16,955 bases of DNA, taken from positions 1-16,955 of the forward strand of contig CAZJUB010000057.1 in NCBI GenBank assembly GCA_964549075.1. The letters run 5' to 3'. The first letter of the stretch is position 1; every line of letters starts with the position of its first letter. The DNA comes from an uncultured archaeon (GTDB taxonomy: Archaea > Asgardarchaeota > Heimdallarchaeia > Heimdallarchaeales > Heimdallarchaeaceae). The position numbers were made by a program, and so were the translations under genes. Below the pieces are notes generated by a model. The model searched no databases. It was not told the DNA's origin and was given only the letters and a program-made list of their open reading frames with translations. This document shows, piece by piece, positions 1-7,146 of this stretch.

Positions 1-95
1 TACATGAACTAATACATGAGAGTGAGGAGATATTAGGTTTTTTCGGGATGAGTGAAACAGCGATAGGGGAGATATTGGTGGAGGGGATAGGATGA
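1..95 (+). CDS. 3' end of a gene with an HExxH zinc-metallopeptidase-like motif (partial, runs off the window start)
   Basis: Frame from nt 3 is open: HELIHESEEILGFFGMSETAIGEILVEGIG*. The TGA at 93-95 overlaps the ATG (92-94) of the next gene as ATGA, typical of translational coupling. Not in the ORF track because it is truncated. Confidence 0.65.
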   Translation, partial: HELIHESEEILGFFGMSETAIGEILVEGIG

Positions 96-910
96 TAGAA
101 GTAGTAAACTACATAGTCACCAGGAGAAAAGAATTAAGGAAAGAAAGAAAGGAATTGAAAATTAAGAGAAAGAGATTCACTAGATTTCTAGGTTTTACAC
201 TCGGAGATTGTATAATGTTTTTGACATTTGGATCAGTATTTCTTGGAGCAGGAATAATAGAGGTTTGTCATCCTCTAGCAGGAGGGTGGAGCTCAGGAAC
301 GAAATTAAATCTAACAATTGGAAGTGTCTTTCTAGTTTTAGGAATGTTGTATTTCGTGCCATTGTCTAAGAAATATATGAAAGAAGTAATAGAAAGAGAG
401 AAGAAAATAGGAAAATATAATGTGATACTAAATAATATGGAATTGTGGAATTTAGAGTACTTAGAAGAAAGGATCATAGTTATCAGGAATATACGAAAGA
501 AGATAGTTGAACAATCAGAGGAAGAGAAGGAAAAGATAGAAGAGAAGATAAAAGAATATGTAGAATGGAAAGAAAGACCTGAGTTGAGAGAGATTCACTC
601 ATTCAATGAAAAGGACTATAAAAGGATGAGAGAGAACGTAAGTGAAATAGCTTTCAAGAAGAGGATGAGGAGGATAAAAAATGATAGAAATATCAAAATC
701 GAGAGTCTGGTAAAAACAAAAGATGGTGATGTTATCTTGTTTTGTATAAAGAAGAGAAGATGGAAAATATGGAAAAAAGAAGAAGAGACACATAGGTTCA
801 TATCTCATGAATATTTAGTGGCTGAACATTATAAAATACCAGTTATTGAAGAAATAGGATTAATGGAGAGAGGGAAAGAGATAGAGATACGGATGGATAA
901 GAGGTTCTAA
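92..910 (+). CDS. Hypothetical membrane protein with two predicted TM helices and a Lys/Glu-rich cytoplasmic region
   Basis: 272-aa ORF with hydrophobic segments FLGFTLGDCIMFLTFGSVFLGAGIIEV and LTIGSVFLVLGMLYFVPL, followed by a charged coiled-coil-like region. GGAGG-like SD sequence upstream and ATGA overlap with the preceding gene. Confidence 0.8.
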   Translation: MIEVVNYIVTRRKELRKERKELKIKRKRFTRFLGFTLGDCIMFLTFGSVFLGAGIIEVCHPLAGGWSSGTKLNLTIGSVFLVLGMLYFVPLSKKYMKEVIEREKKIGKYNVILNNMELWNLEYLEERIIVIRNIRKKIVEQSEEEKEKIEEKIKEYVEWKERPELREIHSFNEKDYKRMRENVSEIAFKKRMRRIKNDRNIKIESLVKTKDGDVILFCIKKRRWKIWKKEEETHRFISHEYLVAEHYKIPVIEEIGLMERGKEIEIRMDKRF

Positions 911-919
911 ATAACCTAA

Positions 920-2254
920 TTAAAGTAGATTAAGTTCATCGAATAAATCAGTCAGAAATTTTGCTCTTTCTGGTTTTACATTGATAAAGTTAAGAATCAT
1001 TATCTTGATGAATTTCTTAATCTCCATCTCAAAATCTCTATTATCAGGTATATCTACTGATCCAAAACATATGCTAAGCTGTTGAACCAGTTCTTCTTCC
1101 TCCTTTTCAGTTAAATCAGACAAGAATGGTTTGTATAAGTGAGCTGCAAAAGTCAAGATAAATTCAAAACCTGTAAAACCAAACATGTTTAAGCTTTTCA
1201 TTAGAATTAGGATGAAACGGTTAAAAATGAAGGTACCAAAATTTCTCAGTATTATGGAATAAATTCGGTTCTTAGAATCTTCATCTAGTTTGGTACATAT
1301 TGTGTCGATCATCACTGACCATATTTCAATGAAGTTTTGGGGATTGATTATGAATTCTTTTGCGATTGCTTTGAGATAATCTATAGCTATGTTGTTATTC
1401 ATTAACATGTACTCTTCTGAGGTAATGAGCATATAAGTAATGATTTTCAGCTTGAATGCTTTATCTTCAAGATCTGAAAGAGAGAGTTCATCCAATTCTC
1501 TTTCTAAGTTTTCTAGTTTTATCCTATTGTTCTCAGAATCTACATAGAATGATCTATGTGCAAGAGAATTTCGTAATGCTGAATCCATAGCATCAAAAAC
1601 CTTCTCATATTTACCGTTATTATACGAAATGACATTATTTATTCTAAGTTGTCTGTGACCACTTTGAGAGTTAATTCTCGAGTTGATTTTCTCAACATAA
1701 TTACCAAAAAGAAACTCAAAATCACTCACATAGCTATTCGCATAATATTCATAGATATCACCAGAACTAGTTAATAACTGAAATATTTCCAGAATTGGTT
1801 TATAGAAAACCTCATCTATTCTCTTTTCAGAAATAAGTTTGATTACATCTTCTGAAATCGAATCTGGTTCTTGCTTATTTTTATTGATGATAAAAGTAAA
1901 AACCAGAAGAATAGTTCTGAATAATTCTTTTCCAAACCAATAATCGTAGAAATCCGTTCTCTCTTCTTCTGAAAGTTTATCTACGAAATCACCTGTAACT
2001 TCACCAAACTCCTTCCGAAGTTCTGAGATACTTTCATCTAATCTATTAGATTTAATATATCGACCAGCGTATTTGTTCACTCTTGGATGAATCATAAAAA
2101 TCATCGTATCAATGAATAATTTTCTTGGTTTTTGTCTTATTATTTCCAAAAAACCTTCTAAGTTGAATGTTGGACCAAAATGTTCATCTGCAAATGAACT
2201 AAAGAATTTTCTAGATTCATCATCTATAATGTATGACTTTTTTTCTCCTTCCAT
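920..2254 (-). CDS. Hypothetical alpha-helical protein with a HEPN-like RxxxxH motif (putative RNase)
   Basis: 444-aa ORF containing VFDAMDSALRNSLAHRSFYVD (R228-H233, nt 1556-1573), an amphipathic helix followed by R-N-x3-H as in HEPN domains. Confidence 0.7.
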   Translation of the reverse strand: MEGEKKSYIIDDESRKFFSSFADEHFGPTFNLEGFLEIIRQKPRKLFIDTMIFMIHPRVNKYAGRYIKSNRLDESISELRKEFGEVTGDFVDKLSEEERTDFYDYWFGKELFRTILLVFTFIINKNKQEPDSISEDVIKLISEKRIDEVFYKPILEIFQLLTSSGDIYEYYANSYVSDFEFLFGNYVEKINSRINSQSGHRQLRINNVISYNNGKYEKVFDAMDSALRNSLAHRSFYVDSENNRIKLENLERELDELSLSDLEDKAFKLKIITYMLITSEEYMLMNNNIAIDYLKAIAKEFIINPQNFIEIWSVMIDTICTKLDEDSKNRIYSIILRNFGTFIFNRFILILMKSLNMFGFTGFEFILTFAAHLYKPFLSDLTEKEEEELVQQLSICFGSVDIPDNRDFEMEIKKFIKIMILNFINVKPERAKFLTDLFDELNLL

Positions 2255-2288
2255 AAATAGAAGAAATTAATTTTGTTTTTATTTGTTG

Positions 2289-2531
2289 CTATTTAAAAAT
2301 ATGAGATTGGAAGAATTGGTCTAAATCCGACTGTTTCTTGGGACGCATAAAATCCTTCAATTCTTTATCTTTAAGGTCGATGAACCACTGTTTGATGAGT
2401 TTGGTTTCAGGATGAACAACAGATTTAGGGATCCAGATAGGTTGGTCAGTGAAATTAGCCACAAAAGCAAGGAAAGCTTTCTCAGTTTCAAGATCAATCT
2501 TACCAAGCTTATAGGGAGAATATGAGCTCAT
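2289..2531 (-). CDS. Small 'ETEKA...WIPKS...WF' protein, paralog 1 (80 aa), with a C-terminal canonical PIP box
   Basis: Start reassigned from 2615 to the ATG at 2531 (MSSYSPYKLGK...). A TTTATAT box lies 24-30 nt upstream and similarity to paralog 2 covers only this part. Ends KKQSDLDQFFQSHIFK (QxxLxxFF). Confidence 0.75.
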   Translation of the reverse strand: MSSYSPYKLGKIDLETEKAFLAFVANFTDQPIWIPKSVVHPETKLIKQWFIDLKDKELKDFMRPKKQSDLDQFFQSHIFK

Positions 2532-2554
2532 ACTAGTGGAGAAAAAGGTTTTCG

Positions 2555-2564
2555 ATATAAAAAA
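2555..2564 (-). promoter_or_regulatory. Putative archaeal TATA box for a leaderless transcript of 2289..2531
   Basis: Minus strand reads TTTTTTATAT, 24-33 nt upstream of the ATG at 2531, which is the expected archaeal spacing. The AT-rich background lowers specificity. Confidence 0.45.
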
Positions 2565-2665
2565 GAGAGCAAATTGTGCGCGTCTTAATGAATTTTTATT
2601 TTTCACATTGTTCATCAGAATAAATTATGAAATCTTTTAATAGTTTATAAAGTTATAAAGATGAA

Positions 2666-4267
2666 ATGAAGAATACAATCAAAGAAAATTACTGTGATAG
2701 ATTCATAGAGATAACAGAATGTGCAGTAAAAGAGACTATGAATTACTTGAAATCATTAAAGGAGGAGGAACTCGAAAAAAGTAAAATCTTCTTTGATAGC
2801 TATCAAACTTATTGTATAATTAATGAGGGAAGCCCTGAAGAAGGTAGTATGGGTTATGAAACATTAGAACTATATACAATATCAATTTACTCAATAAGAG
2901 ATCTACTCATAAAATACCTAACTTCAGAAAAAAACACACATACTGTTAAAGAGCTAGTTGAGATGGGGAGTTACACAGATACTGAAGCATCGATTTTGAA
3001 TCCTCAATTTACTCTATTTGGTTTTACTTTCAGGATAATATTGGAAGAGATGTTTAAAACAGAAGATATTAACCAGATACAGAAATTGAATGAAATTTCA
3101 TTTGATATAGAACTGTTTAATTGTATAATTTCGGAAATAACTGATTTCGCGGTGAAAGATGAACTAGAATGTGAGTATTATTATTTTATCTTTGGTCCCC
3201 CTTTGCAAGGTAAAGATGATTTCTTCAATGAAGAAATGCAAAGCATGATAACAATTCCGAATAATAAAAAAAGGGAGGATTTAATAAGAAAATTTAATTT
3301 TAAGAAAGGAATTTATGGCTCGGGAAAAACTTGGGAACAAACTCATGCCATTATGGGATGTTCAGGTTGGATATCTGGAAAAATAAGGATTAAAACACCA
3401 AATTTCGATGATAATGGTTCTGTTCTTAAAGAAGTAAAACTCCCCTCTCCAAAATATATTCAAGAAGCTTTCAATCTTTTAAGTGAAAATATAGATATTC
3501 ACTTTGTTAGTATTCCTAGTAATTATAATTTGTATTCAATTTATATCTATCCAGAAAGTGACAAGGTACGATATGCATTAGAACGTCTTGGAAGAAGAAG
3601 CTTTCCTAAATGGTTGGAAGAGGTTGTTTTTTTCCCAATTGGAGAAGAGAAATTTATGTTGGATGAGACTAATTTATTCTTTATCCGAGGATATCCAGAA
3701 ATGAGAATGAAATTATCTAAAACATCAATTGAAGAACTAATATTTACTAGATACATTAACCTAATAACCATATCAAACAGCATGAATGTAATTCTTGAAG
3801 CATGTATAATTCTTGAAACATTATTAACAACAGAACCAAAGGAATTGGGATTTCAGTTAAGAGTAAAACTTGCAGTTTTATTAGGTGAGGATTATAAACA
3901 GAAAAAATTCATTCAAGATGTAACTAAAATAATCTATGAAATTAGAAGTGATATAGTTCATAATGGAGGACATAAATCAGAGAAGAAGTCGAGAAAATTA
4001 GGTGGATTGATTAGAACTTCTAAACTATCCAAACAATTAGTCAAATTACTACTCTTAAGACTTATAACTGTTGAAGAGGGCAAATTGAGTATAATTAAAA
4101 GGGATGAACTAGTTACTCAGCTTGATAATTACATGATTGGAGAGAAAACGGAAATCAATTCTAATGTATATTTTGAGAAAAGAAGAAAAGAGTTTTTCGC
4201 AAGTATTCTTGTAGATCAGCAATTATCCATTCTTCTAAATAAACACACTAATGGGGAGAAAAATTAA
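2666..4267 (+). CDS. ApeA-like HEPN domain protein (C-terminal HEPN RNase, long uncharacterised N-terminus)
   Basis: 533-aa ORF. C-terminal IILETLLTTEPKELGFQLRVKLAVLLG...IIYEIRSDIVHNG matches the ApeA-like HEPN pattern (LE.L...EL..R.A.LL...Y..RS..VHG). R427-H432 at nt 3944-3961. Confidence 0.8.
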   Translation: MKNTIKENYCDRFIEITECAVKETMNYLKSLKEEELEKSKIFFDSYQTYCIINEGSPEEGSMGYETLELYTISIYSIRDLLIKYLTSEKNTHTVKELVEMGSYTDTEASILNPQFTLFGFTFRIILEEMFKTEDINQIQKLNEISFDIELFNCIISEITDFAVKDELECEYYYFIFGPPLQGKDDFFNEEMQSMITIPNNKKREDLIRKFNFKKGIYGSGKTWEQTHAIMGCSGWISGKIRIKTPNFDDNGSVLKEVKLPSPKYIQEAFNLLSENIDIHFVSIPSNYNLYSIYIYPESDKVRYALERLGRRSFPKWLEEVVFFPIGEEKFMLDETNLFFIRGYPEMRMKLSKTSIEELIFTRYINLITISNSMNVILEACIILETLLTTEPKELGFQLRVKLAVLLGEDYKQKKFIQDVTKIIYEIRSDIVHNGGHKSEKKSRKLGGLIRTSKLSKQLVKLLLLRLITVEEGKLSIIKRDELVTQLDNYMIGEKTEINSNVYFEKRRKEFFASILVDQQLSILLNKHTNGEKN

Positions 4268-4294
4268 TATAAAAACCGTCTTAGGTCAAAATTG

Positions 4295-4567
4295 TTAAAC
4301 ATTATCAGAAAACAAAGATAGTTTGGTTTGAACCATTTTCTTCTCTTGTTTTTTCCACTCTCTTTTCCCTTCCTTGATTTGCTTGATAAACCATTTCTTG
4401 ATTCGTAATTGTTTATCAACAACAGACTTAGGGATCCAGAGAGGTTCATCAGTAAGGCCGGAAATAGTAGCATAGTAAGAGTTAACAGTTTCAGCAAGAA
4501 GGTAATCAATAGAATAATCAGAGAAAGAAGGATCAGCAGGAGGAATATCTTCGAAAACCATAAACAC
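4295..4567 (-). CDS. Small 'WIPKS' protein, paralog 2 (88-90 aa), with a C-terminal PIP-like motif
   Basis: LAETVNSYYATISGLTDEPLWIPKSVVDKQLRIKKWFI aligns with paralog 1 LETEKAFLAFVANFTDQPIWIPKSVVHPETKLIKQWFI. Ends MVQTKLSLFSDNV. Start is GTG 4567 or ATG 4561. Confidence 0.75.
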   Translation of the reverse strand: MFMVFEDIPPADPSFSDYSIDYLLAETVNSYYATISGLTDEPLWIPKSVVDKQLRIKKWFIKQIKEGKREWKKQEKKMVQTKLSLFSDNV

Positions 4568-4635
4568 TTTCAGAGAAGAAAGAAGAAAGAAAGTATAAAA
4601 AGACCAAAATATAGTATTAGGTCGATGATTAGCTC

Positions 4636-6972
4636 TTGAGTTCTAAAAATAAAAGTAAATCTAAAGGATATTGGAAAGGCAAAATAGGATTAGAAAGGGC
4701 AGAAAAAGAGATTTTGCAACTCAAAGGGGAATTAGGTAGGACACCTAAATTAAGAGAAGTAGGAGGGATATACAAAGCGATAACTTCTGGCTGTTGGACA
4801 GAGTATGGAATTAATACTTGGTCGGAACTATTAGAATATTTACAAATAGAATCCTCTACAAGTGAGAGGATAAAATGGAAAGGAGAGAAAGGATTAGAAC
4901 AAGCTAAGAAAGAATATATCCGAATTTCGAGAAAACTGAAAAAACGACCAACACAACATGATATTTCAGGAATTACTAAAGCGATTAAAAGAGGAGTTTG
5001 GGTAGAATTTGGTATAGAGGAGTGGGATGATTTTGTTATTGCTTGTGGTTTTAAACCTGAAGCTAAAAAGGGAAAATGGATGGGAGAGAAAGGATTGGAA
5101 AATGCTGTAAGAGAAATTAACAATTTCTATGAAATCCATAATAAAGTTCCAACAAGTAGTAATGTCTCTGCAGGAATAATAGACCGAGCTGAAAAAGGAC
5201 ATTGGAAGGAATATGGAATAAGTTCATGGAATGAACTGTTGAAGTATTGTGGGTACGAAGTGCATATAGAACAGGGGAAATGGAGAGGAAAAGAGGGACT
5301 AGAAAGAGCGAAAAGAAAGATAGTGGAATACAGGCAAAAACACGAAAAGAATCCAACTACATTAACAAAAGGATTTAGAAGTCTTTCAAAATGCGCAAAT
5401 TCAGATTATTGGAAAAAGTATGGTGTCAGAAATTGGGGTGATCTTTTAGATTATTGTGGACTAGAGCCAAATAAATTACCAACTGTATGGGGGGGAGAGG
5501 AGGGGTTGGAGAAAGCAAAACAAGAAATTCTTAAGTATTATAAAACGCATAACAAAGTTCCTAGAAAAAACAATGTGTCATGGAGAATTTCAGGGGCATG
5601 TCTACAAGGATATTGGAAAGAGTATGGTATATCTTCTTGGAATGATTTATTGAAGAAGTGTGGTCTTAAACCAACTCATGAAGGAGGAAAATGGATAGGA
5701 AAGAAGGGGTTAGAAAAAGCACAAGCAATTCTTCTAGAACACTATAAGAAGACAGGAAAAACACCAATTAAGAAAGATCTTCCTTCAGGTATAAGTGCTG
5801 CAGCTTTAAGAGGATACTGGAAGAAAGAAGGAATAGAGTCATGGAATGATCTACTAATATTCTGTGGATTAGAGCCTAATGTTGAGAAAGGAAAATGGAT
5901 GGGAAGAAAAGGATTGAAGCTTGCTAAAGAAGAACTAGTGTCAAGATATAAGGAAACTGGCAAAGTGCCTACTTACAGTAATGTTCATGGTGGAATAACT
6001 TCAGCTATAGGTGCTGGCAACTGGCAAGAGTTTGGGATAAGTACTTGGAACGATTTACTTGAATATTGTAATCTTGAACTACATAATATATGGGGTAAAT
6101 GGAAAGGAAGAGAGGGATTAGAAGAAGCAAAAAAAATCGTTTTAAACAAAGCTAAAGAATTAGGTCGAGTTCCTACCAGAAACGATGTAAGTAGGAGCAT
6201 TGAAAGTGCTGCAATAGATGGCCACTGGATAGAATTTGGGGTACAAAATTGGAACGATTTACTTGTTTACTGTGAATTAGAACCAAGTCATGTGATAGGA
6301 ATTTGGGTAGGAAAAGAAGGATTAGAAAAAGCTAAGAAAGAATTAATTGAGCTCTATAATTCACAGGAAAAAACTCCAACAAGGAATGCATTGTCAGCTG
6401 GAATACAGAAAGCTATAGAGAGGGGGGAATGGAAAGAATTTGGTTTTACTGGAAGTACATGGAATGAATTTGTTATTTATTGTGGATTAGAACCAAATAT
6501 TGGTTATCATGGAGATGCATGGTTAAAGTGGGAACAGTGGTGTGAAAAAGCTATTTCACAAATCTATCCACATAAATTTAGAACCAAAATTATGCTTCCA
6601 AATAGAAAATTTCCTGATTATACTGTGAGATTAAATAAAAACAAAATTCTGATAATAGATGCAAAATTAAGCACATTTACAGAGGGAATAAAAAAAGATA
6701 TCAGGAACTATTTAGGATATTGTGATCAACTAGAATTTTGGTGCTTGTTTGGAAAAAGAACAAAGAAAATTATTGACAATAAAGAAATATTATTTCTTAA
6801 GCCAGAAGACATTATAATTAAAATAAAGTTGGAGGAAGAAAGAAAAAAACTTGAAGTAGAAGTAAGAGAACTCTATGAATATTCAAGAAGTGTTTTTAGA
6901 GAAATATCTATGGTTAGAAAAATTAAAGATGATTTTCAAAAAACTTTGGATTTTTGGTTAGGTAAAAATTAA
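4636..6972 (+). CDS. Tandem-repeat protein (9 x ~68 aa, resembling homing-endonuclease-associated repeats) fused to a C-terminal PD-(D/E)XK nuclease and a PIP-like tail
   Basis: 778 aa, TTG start. Repeat consensus W.G..GLE.A...I/L.......K.P.......I..A...G.W.E(Y/F)G...WN(D/E)LL..CGLEP. C-terminal WLKWEQWCEKAI...FPDYTV...LIIDAK supplies the E-helix, PD and D-x-K motifs. Ends FQKTLDFWLGKN. Confidence 0.85.
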   Translation: MSSKNKSKSKGYWKGKIGLERAEKEILQLKGELGRTPKLREVGGIYKAITSGCWTEYGINTWSELLEYLQIESSTSERIKWKGEKGLEQAKKEYIRISRKLKKRPTQHDISGITKAIKRGVWVEFGIEEWDDFVIACGFKPEAKKGKWMGEKGLENAVREINNFYEIHNKVPTSSNVSAGIIDRAEKGHWKEYGISSWNELLKYCGYEVHIEQGKWRGKEGLERAKRKIVEYRQKHEKNPTTLTKGFRSLSKCANSDYWKKYGVRNWGDLLDYCGLEPNKLPTVWGGEEGLEKAKQEILKYYKTHNKVPRKNNVSWRISGACLQGYWKEYGISSWNDLLKKCGLKPTHEGGKWIGKKGLEKAQAILLEHYKKTGKTPIKKDLPSGISAAALRGYWKKEGIESWNDLLIFCGLEPNVEKGKWMGRKGLKLAKEELVSRYKETGKVPTYSNVHGGITSAIGAGNWQEFGISTWNDLLEYCNLELHNIWGKWKGREGLEEAKKIVLNKAKELGRVPTRNDVSRSIESAAIDGHWIEFGVQNWNDLLVYCELEPSHVIGIWVGKEGLEKAKKELIELYNSQEKTPTRNALSAGIQKAIERGEWKEFGFTGSTWNEFVIYCGLEPNIGYHGDAWLKWEQWCEKAISQIYPHKFRTKIMLPNRKFPDYTVRLNKNKILIIDAKLSTFTEGIKKDIRNYLGYCDQLEFWCLFGKRTKKIIDNKEILFLKPEDIIIKIKLEEERKKLEVEVRELYEYSRSVFREISMVRKIKDDFQKTLDFWLGKN
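4672..6507 (+). repeat. Nine coding tandem repeats of ~204 nt (67-69 aa)
   Basis: The repeat-initial Trp codons are at 4672, 4876, 5077, 5281, 5488, 5692, 5896, 6100 and 6304. Conservation is clear in protein and visibly diverged in DNA. Confidence 0.95.
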
Positions 6973-7118
6973 GGTATATTCTGATACAGCTTATTTGGCT
7001 TCAGAATAATCTCTCCTTCAAGTAATTTCTGTTCAAAGAACTTTTCTGCAACTACAAGATATATATTCTTCTCTTCAGCTTTTGAAAAGATATGAACATT
7101 ATAGAAGTGAAGATATGT
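6969..7118 (-). pseudogene. Possible 3' remnant of a lost gene (49 open codons, no start)
   Basis: Minus frame reads TYLHFYNVHIFSKAEEKNIYLVVAEKFFEQKLLEGEIILKPNKLYQNIP*. Its TAA overlaps the nuclease stop (TTAA, 6969-6972). An in-frame TAA lies immediately upstream and there is no start codon. Confidence 0.3.
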
Positions 7119-7125
7119 TTAAATA
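7118..7125 (+). promoter_or_regulatory. Putative archaeal TATA box for the 1730-aa gene
   Basis: TTTAAATA lies 22-29 nt upstream of the TTG at 7147; no SD sequence is evident. Confidence 0.4.
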
Positions 7126-7146
7126 AAATAATTAGATTCAAACTAG

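Noticed and set aside
2532-2615. N-terminal 28 codons of the 108-aa ORF call
   Set aside because: No counterpart in the paralog. The segment contains the likely TATA box for ATG 2531 and crowds the divergent promoter of the 2666 gene.
3308-3331. Walker A-like GIYGSGKT in the 533-aa ApeA-like protein
   Set aside because: It matches GxxxxGKT but follows KFNFKK rather than a hydrophobic beta-strand, and no convincing Walker B follows. Probably chance; a structure prediction showing a P-loop fold would reopen it.
4264-4639. ORFs 4264..4509 (-) and 4409..4639 (+)
   Set aside because: Alternative-frame or antisense shadows of the WIPKS-2 gene, which is supported by paralogy.
4629-6200. Minus-strand ORFs 4629..5123, 4966..5202, 5117..5356, 5742..5963 and 5985..6200
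   Set aside because: Antisense to the repeat nuclease. Their internal repetitiveness only mirrors the sense-strand repeats.
4672-6507. Regular ~204-nt periodicity as a CRISPR or non-coding array
   Set aside because: The repeats are in-frame, conserved at protein level and degenerate in DNA. There are no identical 25-40-nt direct repeats with unique spacers.
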